A stretch of 64,000 nucleotides of DNA from Clostridiales bacterium. GTDB lineage: Bacteria; Bacillota; Clostridia; Clostridiales; Oxobacteraceae. Both the position numbers and the translations under genes were made by a program. Numbering within the stretch: position 1 is the stretch's first letter; each line of letters opens with the position of its first letter. The notes beneath the pieces are model-generated. The model searched no databases and was not told where the DNA came from. It saw nothing but the letters and a program-made list of their open reading frames with translations. The stretch covers positions 15,048 through 79,047 of the forward strand of contig JASEJN010000003.1 in NCBI GenBank assembly GCA_030016385.1. Reading direction: 5' to 3'. This document shows positions 28,448 through 37,377 of this stretch, piece after piece.

Positions 28448-30334
28448 CTATTTATCAAAACAGCATATGCTCGTCTGCTGTGAAAATTGGGTATCTTTGC
28501 CATAACGTCGCAGCATTATAAACGATAATATATCAGTCTTATCGGCCCCATAGCACTTGCCAATTATAACTCTAGTATTTTCTTCTCCTTCAAAATGAAT
28601 GTTAAGCTTCTGCCTTTCATTTATAAAAGATATGTTGAATTCCTTATCATAAACAGTTTGCCTCAAATCAAATAATTGGTCATATCCATTATCTTCCGTA
28701 AAGGGTTTGCATATCTTTAGCGGCAGCCGAGTCTCTATTCTCCCCCTGCAATGGAAAATCCAATCGATCTGTGAATTCACCCTGCAGTTGACTGCATAAA
28801 TATCAATGAATCCATCATCTTTCAAAGATATTTTCCGTTTGAGGGAAACTCCCCTATAAGCGTCTTGGGCTTGCACACAAACACTTTGGTCATTATAGTC
28901 CAGCACAGTTGCGCGTGAATTCTTCTGCAGCAGATTGTTTATGCAAACCATGTTATGAGAAATAGAAGTACGGCTCCATTCCCTGGTAAATGAAATCCCA
29001 TAACCGGATGTCCCCGGATCATAACTTAAAAGTTCATCATTTGCATATACTTCGATGGAATTTTTATCATTATGGTCATGTCCTCCTCCATTGCCTGTGA
29101 ATTTAAGAGATACCCTTATTTTATCATTTTGTAAAACTGCGATACCCGTATCCTCATAAATAAAACTTTTTCGTACCGGTTCCTCAGGCTCCGGCAGGCT
29201 TACAGGCCCATATATAAGCGCCGGTATTGAAGCGCGTGCATAACCCGTTTCTTTTGTAGCATTATTGAATAATGAATGTAAATATGAGTACGGTCGTGGG
29301 CTTGCATTTTTATATATCCATGATAGTAAGGACCCGAAGGAATGATCAAACCTCGATAATTCTTCATAAACGGTACACGAACCGAAAATGTTCGATTCAA
29401 ACCAACCATCATTGTAAGATGGAAACTTCCCGTTTGGATAAACTAACGGCACATAATTCGATGCCATCTTTTTCAAGGTGGGATTCTCGAACAAATCAAT
29501 ATCATTTTCAAGAGCAATCCATGCCAGGCTTAATAACGCATTTAAGGTATAGTAATGATAAGTCGGAGATATTTCATACCAGATCCCCTCCTTGAATGTC
29601 CCCTTTTCTAATTGATTCAGCCATCCATATCTGCCATAAATAGTATCCTTCAAAATATCCCGGTCATCTAAAAAGTTGGCGCAAGCAGCTATTGAAGCCT
29701 GCATCCATGCATGAATATTGTTGATTTGATTAATCTGGGGTTTAATCAAATGCAAAGCCGGAGTAAAGAATAATTTACCGATTGCATCATATTCCGACTC
29801 GTTAAAGATGTTTAAATCGGCACTCATGCGCAAAATACGCTCAATTGCTATGACAAATATCGCTTCGCTGAGCGCTTGTGGATAAACTTTGCCTATACCT
29901 GCATATTTTCCGTGTTCAGGATACTTGTCATAATTATTCGCATAAAAAAGTATGGTATCATGGATATAGTTTTTATATCTATTATCAGCCTGTGGAATAT
30001 GGGCCAGAACTGCAGCTCGCTCCATGTTGCTTACAATAACCGAATGCATGATCTTGCGCCACGCACCATCATACGGCCATCCTGAATAATCCTTATGGCA
30101 TTTCGGGCATGTATGAATATGAGGCTTGGTAATATTAAAATCCAATCTGATTCCACATGTTTTACAAAAATAATGATGCCCCCATTCGGACTCTTCCAAT
30201 GGCGGATCCTTGGGTCCCCTATGGATCTGGTCTTCAAAATCCTGTCTCATTACATTGACCAACGATGATGCCCATGGCTGTGTTTTAATCTTCTCCAGTA
30301 TTTGATCCCAGTAAATTGTTTTACTTCTTCTCAT
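28448..30334 (-). CDS. heparinase II/III-like family protein (polysaccharide-lyase fold) with a Cys4 zinc-ribbon insert
   Basis: C-terminal motifs GGGHDHNDKNSIEVYANDELLSYDPGTSGY and SISHNMVCIN are typical of the heparinase II/III C-domain. CKTC...CPKC occurs near the N-terminus. Start placed at MRRSKTIYWDQ (30334), not at the ORF-track Met at 30406. No signal peptide. Confidence 0.7.
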   Translation of the reverse strand: MRRSKTIYWDQILEKIKTQPWASSLVNVMRQDFEDQIHRGPKDPPLEESEWGHHYFCKTCGIRLDFNITKPHIHTCPKCHKDYSGWPYDGAWRKIMHSVIVSNMERAAVLAHIPQADNRYKNYIHDTILFYANNYDKYPEHGKYAGIGKVYPQALSEAIFVIAIERILRMSADLNIFNESEYDAIGKLFFTPALHLIKPQINQINNIHAWMQASIAACANFLDDRDILKDTIYGRYGWLNQLEKGTFKEGIWYEISPTYHYYTLNALLSLAWIALENDIDLFENPTLKKMASNYVPLVYPNGKFPSYNDGWFESNIFGSCTVYEELSRFDHSFGSLLSWIYKNASPRPYSYLHSLFNNATKETGYARASIPALIYGPVSLPEPEEPVRKSFIYEDTGIAVLQNDKIRVSLKFTGNGGGHDHNDKNSIEVYANDELLSYDPGTSGYGISFTREWSRTSISHNMVCINNLLQKNSRATVLDYNDQSVCVQAQDAYRGVSLKRKISLKDDGFIDIYAVNCRVNSQIDWIFHCRGRIETRLPLKICKPFTEDNGYDQLFDLRQTVYDKEFNISFINERQKLNIHFEGEENTRVIIGKCYGADKTDILSFIMLRRYGKDTQFSQQTSICCFDK

Positions 30335-30429
30335 AATATAAAATGCTCCTTTAATATGGTATATATACCCAAAATTGGCGTGCTTCAGATTATTATACCA
30401 AAGCACGCCTAAAGTTTACAGCAGGCGCT

Positions 30430-31992
30430 TTATTTCTTTTTATTTATGCCTGACTTGCTGACAATATCCATATAGCCCTTATATGCCGGGACATATTCTT
30501 TTTGAATAAAATCTACAAATTGCTGACGCGTAATCTTGCCGCAAATATACTTTGTCACATACTCGGTATATTTAGCTGGAATCCCTGAATTACTAATATT
30601 AAAATTTTCATCATTGATACCTGCCAGTGAACCTTCAGGCAAATAGGTAATTCTGTTAGTTTGTTTCCCTATTTCATCAAATGCTTTTGTGAATATATCC
30701 TGTTCATCAGCAGTAGAACCTGTGGCCATCAACAACCCTTTATCCTGACGCTGATAATTGATGGTTGCATATGTGGCGCAATATTTATCAGCCGCCGTTT
30801 TTTGATCGGCTGTCTTTATAGCAAATCTTGTCGTTTTATCAAAGCTCGTATAAGTTACGCCTTGAATTCCTGCCGCCAGCAATTCGTTGCATTCATCCGT
30901 ATACCCATAGTCGAGGAATGCTACAGCCTGATCCTTATTCTTGGTGCTTGCGCTGATTCCATAGTTGCCCCAAATCTGCGGAGCATAGTACACATCGGAA
31001 ACTGTTTTCCCTTCCTGCCTTAGCGGGGGCCCTGCGACCAATTCAGCCTTTGGGGCGACTTTCCTGACATCATTGGTTTTAGTTGCAGTCATATGTTCCG
31101 TAACCTTATTATCATATATGGCGCCGGTTAAACCTGCGGCCCATTTATCATCATCCTCGTACATTTTAGTATTATACCATTCAGAATCAAGAGATCCATT
31201 AGCATACATATCATGCAGCCAGTCCATATATTTCATGTATCCGTCCTGGGCCTGCATTAACTGGTAATTTCCATTTTCATCAGGAACTGAGGTGGGCCTG
31301 ATTCCAAAACCGTTAATTAAGTTACGGTCCATCGGACCCATAACTATATTATATGAAAATCCAAATGTATCATTTTTACCATTTCCATCCGGGTCATCCT
31401 TGGCAAAAGCCAGCATTACCTGTTTAAATTCTTCCGGTGTCGTCGGTACTTTCAGGCCGACTTTATCAAGCCAGTCTTTGCGGTATACAATGTTATCCCA
31501 AGGTTTTGTCTGGACGCGGGGCAATGAATATAATTCATTGTTCATGTTTGCGACTCTTGTGAAAGACAATTCTTCATCTGTCAAAACTTTCTTGGCATTA
31601 GGCATCTTTCCATTGTTGAAATAGTCATCTAATTTTAGCAAAAGCCCGTCTTTTGCCCACTGCTGGTATGTTGTACCCGTGCCGCCCAGCATTATAATAT
31701 CGGGTAAATCCCCCGATGCCATCACAATATTCAGGCGATCATTATAGTTGTTGATAGGCGGAGCCTCAATGTCCAAAATAGTATTGGTTCGTTTTTCCCA
31801 CTCCTTTATTACCGGGTTGTCCTGTACAACATATGTGGCAGGCAAACGTTGAATCATCCTCAGTGTTATCGGTTTGCCCTCCTGGTTTACATCTCCCTTT
31901 GCCTCTTTTGATTTATTGCAGCCCATCAATGAAATGGACATCACAAAAACAAGTATTGCCGCTAACAAACTTTTGACACTTTTTCCTTTCAT
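30430..31992 (-). CDS. extracellular solute-binding lipoprotein (LplA-like)
   Basis: Signal peptide with lipobox SISLMGC. 520 aa. Downstream of two permease genes. Confidence 0.85.
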   Translation of the reverse strand: MKGKSVKSLLAAILVFVMSISLMGCNKSKEAKGDVNQEGKPITLRMIQRLPATYVVQDNPVIKEWEKRTNTILDIEAPPINNYNDRLNIVMASGDLPDIIMLGGTGTTYQQWAKDGLLLKLDDYFNNGKMPNAKKVLTDEELSFTRVANMNNELYSLPRVQTKPWDNIVYRKDWLDKVGLKVPTTPEEFKQVMLAFAKDDPDGNGKNDTFGFSYNIVMGPMDRNLINGFGIRPTSVPDENGNYQLMQAQDGYMKYMDWLHDMYANGSLDSEWYNTKMYEDDDKWAAGLTGAIYDNKVTEHMTATKTNDVRKVAPKAELVAGPPLRQEGKTVSDVYYAPQIWGNYGISASTKNKDQAVAFLDYGYTDECNELLAAGIQGVTYTSFDKTTRFAIKTADQKTAADKYCATYATINYQRQDKGLLMATGSTADEQDIFTKAFDEIGKQTNRITYLPEGSLAGINDENFNISNSGIPAKYTEYVTKYICGKITRQQFVDFIQKEYVPAYKGYMDIVSKSGINKKK

Positions 31993-32066
31993 CCTGAGTC
32001 CCCCCTCTTATTAAAATGATTTATCACACATAAAATAGGCAAGGCGCCTAATATATATGATCATCC

Positions 32067-33035
32067 TTAAAATAATGAAGTCCCACGGAGTTTATTGGCT
32101 ATGCGGTTGGTAAAGAGCAGCAGCACTGCAGCTATAACTGATTTAAAAAGTTCTACTGCCGTTGAATAGGAGTACCTGCCTCCCACAATACCTATATGAT
32201 ATATATATGTTTCAAATACCTGCGATACAGATATATTTAAACCATTCTGGAAAAGATATATCTGTTCAAAACCGTTATTCATAATACCTCCTACCGACAG
32301 GATAAGCATAATTACTATGGTATTTGCCAGGCTTGGCAGCGTAATATACCATAACTTTTGAAACCTATTGGCCCCGTCGACAGTGGCCGCCTCATAATAT
32401 TCCGGATTAATAGCCGATAATCCGGCAAGATAAATAATCGTCCCCCATCCTGCTTCCTTCCAGATACTGCTGCCTATGATTACAGTCCTGAACCATTTTG
32501 CGGAACCCAAAAAGTTGATTTTGGTACCGTCCAGTTTTACGATAAACGCATTAATAAGCCCATCATTCATCGAAAGGAAATTTGTAAGAATACCTCCTAG
32601 TACAACCCAGGAGATGAAATGTGGCAAGTACATCAATGTCTGTGATGTTTTCTTAAACTTCAGCGACTTTATCTCGTTCAATAGCAGGGCTAATATAATA
32701 GGTACCGGAAAAGAGACAACCAATCTTGATATGCTTAACAGTATGGAGTTTGAAAAAACGGTATAAAATTGTTCGCTTCCAAATAACTGTTTAAAATTTG
32801 CAAAATTGTTAAACTTGCTTCCAAAAATGCCTAATCTAAAACTGAAGTCCTGAAATGCCATTATGATACCATACATCGGTATATATCTGAAAATAATGAT
32901 ATATGCAAGTCCCGGTATGCTCATATAATATAGATATCGTCTTTTAATCATATAATGCTTAGCATCATTTAACTTTTCACGAAAACAATTCTTTTTTGGC
33001 TTCACTAGCGATGTTTCCACTGCTTTTCCCCCCAT
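32067..33035 (-). CDS. sugar ABC transporter permease (LplB-like)
   Basis: The EAA loop reads YEAATVDGANRFQKLWYITLPSL. Paralog of 15732-16679. The start is uncertain: a GTG at 33020 preceded by GGGGGGAA is a plausible alternative. Confidence 0.8.
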   Translation of the reverse strand: MGGKAVETSLVKPKKNCFREKLNDAKHYMIKRRYLYYMSIPGLAYIIIFRYIPMYGIIMAFQDFSFRLGIFGSKFNNFANFKQLFGSEQFYTVFSNSILLSISRLVVSFPVPIILALLLNEIKSLKFKKTSQTLMYLPHFISWVVLGGILTNFLSMNDGLINAFIVKLDGTKINFLGSAKWFRTVIIGSSIWKEAGWGTIIYLAGLSAINPEYYEAATVDGANRFQKLWYITLPSLANTIVIMLILSVGGIMNNGFEQIYLFQNGLNISVSQVFETYIYHIGIVGGRYSYSTAVELFKSVIAAVLLLFTNRIANKLRGTSLF

Positions 33036-33060
33036 TATATCGATTTTTTAAAACTTATAT

Positions 33061-33963
33061 TTATTCCTTAACTCCTCCCAAAACCAGTCCTGTCATAAAA
33101 TACTTCTGCAGGAACGGATAAACACACATAATTGGCAAAGTAGCTATAACTATGGAAGCCATTTTTAATATGAACGGCTGTGTTATGCGTTCCTCGGCCT
33201 CCATTCCCTGCTGCATCTCATTTGCCCCTGATTCAAAGACAATCTCTCTCAAAACTAACTGTAACGGCCACATTTGCCGTTTTGTCAGATAAATAATTGC
33301 ACTAAAGTAAGTATTCCAGAAACCGACTATTGTAAATAGCCCCAGTGTGGCTAAAATAGGCAGGCACAGCGGCAAAACCACACGGATAAGTACTTGCATA
33401 TCATTCGCCCCGTCAATCAATGCCGCTTCTTCTATGGATGTCGGAAGATCTTTTATGTAATTTATCATCAAAATTAGATTAAATGCTCCCAAAAGGCCAG
33501 GCAGAATCATAGCCCAGAGATTGTTAAGGAGTCCCAAACTGCGAATTAAGAAATAATTTGGTATCGTCCCGCCGTTGAAAAACATCGTAATAACCCAGAG
33601 AGTCATTATAAATCTGCGTCCTTTAAAATCATTTTTAGAAAGTGGGTATGCCGTTAATACCAATAATATCATGGCACAGGCGGTGCCGACAAAAGAAATA
33701 AATAATGTATTTTTATAGCCCGACCAGATATACTGATAACCCAGTGCCATTTTATATGCAGCAGTTGTTAATCGGTCAGGTATCAGGCTGAACGGGTTTT
33801 TAAGATATGACTCATAAGGAGATAAAGAATATTTTATTACATACAAAAACGGAATAAAACAAATAATAGCGAAAAAGCCTGATATGCCATACGCTATGCA
33901 GGATAATGTTATATCGTCCCACCCTGCCTTAATAGAAGCTTTCCTTTTCAATTTTTGCTCCAT
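33061..33963 (-). CDS. carbohydrate ABC transporter permease (LplC-like)
   Basis: The EAA loop reads EEAALIDGANDMQVLIRVVLPL. Start placed at MEQKLKRK (33963), which has a GGAGAG Shine-Dalgarno 7 nt upstream. The ORF-track start at 34062 lacks one. Confidence 0.8.
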   Translation of the reverse strand: MEQKLKRKASIKAGWDDITLSCIAYGISGFFAIICFIPFLYVIKYSLSPYESYLKNPFSLIPDRLTTAAYKMALGYQYIWSGYKNTLFISFVGTACAMILLVLTAYPLSKNDFKGRRFIMTLWVITMFFNGGTIPNYFLIRSLGLLNNLWAMILPGLLGAFNLILMINYIKDLPTSIEEAALIDGANDMQVLIRVVLPLCLPILATLGLFTIVGFWNTYFSAIIYLTKRQMWPLQLVLREIVFESGANEMQQGMEAEERITQPFILKMASIVIATLPIMCVYPFLQKYFMTGLVLGGVKE

Positions 33964-34311
33964 GAGCACTCTCTCCATTCTTTTTATTTTTTTATCCCAA
34001 AATCTACTTTGATATGCTAATATCTCCCTCATTGGATTATTCAGATCTGTTTTTATAGTCAAATATAAATTATATTTCCTAAAACATTGTATTCGAATGG
34101 AAATAGTTTCATGAGTAACGATTAAGATATTTTATCCTCCTTGTACAATTAATATTGTAACAATCAGTGAATTAAATCACTGTTTTACCTGCAAATTTCA
34201 TAGTTAACCATGATAAATAAAATTCAACTCTTTTCTAAACATCAAGCACATCTTTTAGCTTCTTACCTCAGCTAATTCACCAGCACATGTTGGCCTGAAC
34301 CTTGACAAGCA

Positions 34312-34530
34312 TGTATAATATAATCCGGACTTGGAGAGTAAATGAGACTCCTCCTGGGACGGACCTAAAGGGCCGATTACCCGTAGGAAAGAGTATTTAT
34401 CCATTCCGGTAAGTCTACATGTTTTGGCTGGTTGAGGCCAGCTTTTTAGCTGGTTTCTCGTGTCACATGCAAGGTTGTTTGCTTACATGGAAAGGATGGA
34501 GGCTTTAAGTCCAATTAATCTTTAAAGGAG
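34312..34530 (+). ncRNA. candidate IS110-family bridge (guide) RNA in the 5' non-coding end
   Basis: TATAAT boxes at 34314-34324. Closing stem GGACTT (34327-34332) with AAGTCC (34507-34512). Internal hairpins CCAGCT-TTTT-AGCTGG (34438-34453) and CATGCAAG/CTTACATG (34466-34489). The position upstream of the recombinase gene matches the IS110-group arrangement. Confidence 0.35.
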
Positions 34531-34539
34531 GCATTTTTT

Positions 34540-35828
34540 ATGAATTATAGACCCATTGCAGGAATTGATGTGGGCAAGTACTTCAGTGAAATAGCTATTC
34601 TCTCACCATCTAATGAAGTTGTTGCTCGCATGAGGATTAACCATGATTTCTACGCTGACGTAAAAAGGGCCGTTGAACTGCTTAATAAAACGGAAAAGGA
34701 CTTTGCTTCAAGGCCTTTTATCGTCATGGAATCCACCGGGCACTATCACAAAATCCTTTTCCATTCACTTTGCAAAAATGGATTTGAGGTTTCTATCATA
34801 AACCCCATCCAAACTGATTCTATCAAAAATATTGGAATCAGGAAAGTGAAAAATGATAAGGTAGATGCCCGAAAGATTGCCCTGCTCTATAGATTTCAGG
34901 AGCTCAAAGCTACCAATATACCAAATGAAGATATTGAGTGTCTAAGGAACCTTTGTCGCCAGTACTACAAGCTAAATGATAAAGTCCTACCTACAAAAAC
35001 AGGCTTACCGGTACCATTGACCAGCTTATGCTCAACTTTAAAGATGTTTTTCCAAACGCCTGCTCCAAGACTGCTATGGCTGTCCTGAAGGAATACCCTA
35101 CTCCTGCCCTGATAGTTAAGGCTGACAAGAATAGACTTGTCTCTCTGATCCAGAAGGACTCTCGAAAAAACCTTAAGTGAGCAGTTGCAAAGTATGAATT
35201 GTTAATCTTAAAAGCAAGAGAGTTTGAGCCTTTAAGTATTAATAATCCTGCTAATATTGCAATGTTGGGTATATACATATCCATGGTCAAAAATCTACAG
35301 GAGAATCTGGGCAAAGTGCTCAAAGCTATACATCAGTTAATTGTTGATAATATGTCAAAGGATATACCAATGATGTCATTAACACTTGAACTGCTCAAGA
35401 TTATCCCTGGTATTGGCCTTCTGACAGCCGCTACAATTATTGCTGAAATTAGTGACTTCTCAGCTTTTTCAAAACCAAGTAAGCTAGTTGCCTATTTTGG
35501 CATTGACCCTTCGGTCAAGCAATCTGGAAAATTTACCGGTACCCAAAACAAGATGTCTAAAAGAGGGTCAGGGCTACTTAGAAGGGTACTATTCACAATT
35601 GCACTTGCCAATATACGCACAAAACGGAATAAAGAAGCTTGTAATCCCGTATTATTGAAGCTCTACAAACAGAAGTACCAGAGCAAACCTAAAAAAGTAG
35701 CTTTAGGAGCTGTTATGCATAAGCTCATTTATATCATCTTTGCCGTTCTAAGGGATAGAAAACCTTATCAGTTGCGTACTCCTGAAGAACACGCCAGGAT
35801 GCTTGCAGCAAAGCATACTGCAGCTTAA
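34540..35828 (+). pseudogene. IS110-family transposase, inactivated by one frameshift and one in-frame TGA
   Basis: The N-terminus MNYRPIAGIDVGKYFSEIAIL...VMESTGHYH is the DEDD RuvC-like domain. The C-terminus IPGIGLLTAATIIAEISDFSAFSKPSKLVAYFGIDPSVKQSGKF is the Transposase_20 domain. The reading frame shifts near the A-run at 34979-34983 (...QYYKLND then YKNRLTGTIDQLMLNF in another frame). TGA at 35178-35180 interrupts ...SRKNLK*AVAKYELL. Confidence 0.85.
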
Positions 35829-36144
35829 TAGTATATGTACTTGATGCTCAGTTTTCAAGGTTCAAACTACTAACTGTGGCCAGCTATTTTATGCCTACTT
35901 AATTTAGATGGTCTTGTTGCTATACATTTTTTTGATTTTGTCATACAAAATAATTTTTAAAACTTTTAAAACAATCTCCCAAAAGTCACTTGACTTTAAT
36001 TAGCTGGTCTTAATATATGGAAAAACATGAAAATGAATTTCAATTGGGTTACAAAATGCACTATATTATTTTTGTTTTAAGCTAATTGTATGATTTTATC
36101 ATTATTAAAAAATTTCGTTATTTCCAATACTTTCAACAGATATT

Positions 36145-36811
36145 TCAACAAATCGGAAACCATCTATATAACTCTTGTGCAACTAATTCATGGTCTTTCT
36201 TGTTGGGATGATTGCACTGTGCTAATAGATCGGTTAAATCTCCGCCATCTTTGACATAACTTTTAAAAATCTTGAAACTATCTACCAGACCGACCCCATA
36301 TTTATCAGCAATTTTTCTTATTTACTCAGCATGTTGTTCCAATTCAACTCAATTCTTCGAAAGTTCATTATTTATTCCACTATAATCGGCTGTAGGAGTC
36401 AGTAGTATTACTTTTATACTATGTCTAAGCGCCTTTTCAACCATAGAGCACCAGGAATATTCCGCCCTTTTAAGACCTATTTACCTGTCATTCAATCCAT
36501 AATCTATAGTCAAAATATCAGGTCGGTGGCATAAAACTTCCGAATCAAATCACTTCTCACCTTGCTCAGAATTTTCGCCACCGATGATAGTTATTATAAT
36601 ATTAATAACTGAAAAGGGAAATCTTTCTTTTAGTTTTTTGAGCAGCAAATATGGATATGAACTAAAAGTATTAACAGTAGGTGTGAGAGAATGCCCCCGA
36701 CGGTACGCTATGACCATGGAAAACTATATTTATTGTACGGTTTTCCGGCCATTGTTTATTCAATTCTTTTATGATGCTTGATAAATAAATCCTCTTATTT
36801 GCTATACTCAT
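36145..36811 (-). pseudogene. SGNH/GDSL-family hydrolase pseudogene
   Basis: Reverse-strand reading gives MSIANKRIYLSSIIKELNKQWPENRTINIVFHGHSVPSG, then a frameshift, then TPTVNTFSSYPYLLLKKLKERFPFSVINIIITIIGGENSEQGEK*FDSEVLCHRPDILTIDYGLNDR*IGL...IKVILLTPTADYSG...KN*VELEQHAE*IRKIADKYGVGLVDSF...NHPNKKDHELVAQELYRWF. SGNH blocks I, II, III and V are recognisable. By my reading there are at least four in-frame stops and at least one frameshift. Confidence 0.7.
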
Positions 36812-36922
36812 AACATTCTTCCTCTCCCAAAAATCATTTGCTAAATACGGGCAAGTATAACTAAATTTAAGATGCCTTTACCAAAAAATTACATACCTAT
36901 TTATTAAAATAATATATACTAA

Positions 36923-36990
36923 CTGTTGTGAAAATTGGCTCTCTTTTCCATGACACCACAGCATTATAAAGGATATCGAAAAATCTATTG
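36923..36990 (-). pseudogene. 3'-terminal relic of a second heparinase II/III-like gene
   Basis: 36923-36976 aligns without gaps to 28475-28528 (the 3' end of the intact gene), with 44 of 54 positions identical by hand count. The encoded SFIMLWCHGKESQFSQQ compares with SFIMLRRYGKDTQFSQQ in the intact protein. Confidence 0.55.
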
Positions 36991-37377
36991 ATATAATATT
37001 CCTTATACCAGTAATTTATTAGATATCACAATGAATTAAATTAAACTTGGATTCGGCAAGTAAATATACCGAATCTCATAGGTACTGACCTTGCTCAATA
37101 TATTTAGTGCAAATTATTTTGCAAATAAAATAGGGATTCTCCCACTGTTTTCTGATAAAATAGTTTTGACAAATACCTAAATTCAGAAAGAAAGGAAAAT
37201 CCCTTACATGATTTTATCACAAAACAGAAAAAACAAAAATAGTAAGTTTTTAAAATTAAATATTCCTGCAACCTTTGATAATAAGACAGTTTCCGATAAT
37301 GTTGCTTTTACATATATTGAGGCATTCAAAACACTGATAGGTATTAAATCATTGATAAAAGATACAATTACCTAATA

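Larger units (their letters stand above)
34300..36010 (+). mobile_element. IS110-family insertion sequence, degenerate copy (boundaries approximate)
   Basis: Contains an interrupted DEDD/Transposase_20-type transposase gene with a ~230-nt structured 5' leader and a ~180-nt 3' tail. There are no obvious terminal inverted repeats, as expected for IS110-family elements. Ends were inferred only from promoter-like boxes and shared motifs. Confidence 0.7.

Noticed and set aside
28448-30406. 24-codon N-terminal extension of the heparinase-like ORF (MLWYNNLKHANFGYIYHIKGAFYI)
   Set aside because: The sequence looks non-protein-like and extends toward the upstream SBP gene stop. The start at MRRSKTIYWDQ is more plausible.
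33964-34062. 33-codon N-terminal extension of the LplC-like permease ORF
   Set aside because: The internal Met at 33963 has a good GGAGAG Shine-Dalgarno, and the resulting protein matches the length of the paralog at 14800-15705 (about 300 aa).
35178-35180. In-frame TGA in the IS110 transposase as possible recoding (selenocysteine or readthrough)
   Set aside because: A Trp codon (TGG) is the expected residue at this position in my recollection of homologs. The gene also carries a separate frameshift and I see no SECIS-like context. A simple nonsense mutation is the parsimonious reading.
34991-35323. 110-aa minus-strand ORF inside the IS110 element
   Set aside because: It is antisense to recognisable transposase coding sequence and has no motif or Shine-Dalgarno. 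It is a typical shadow ORF.
36584-36781. 65-aa plus-strand ORF
   Set aside because: It lies antisense to the SGNH-hydrolase pseudogene, whose minus-strand reading shows clear family motifs. The sequence is low-complexity.
37208-37375. 55-aa plus-strand ORF (MILSQNRKNKNSKFLKLNIPATFDNKTVSDNVAFTYIEAFKTL...) in the decayed spacer, convergent with the permease gene
   Set aside because: It is too short, has only a weak Shine-Dalgarno, and lies in a region of gene remnants. It could be the truncated 5' end of a lost gene, but I cannot support any call.
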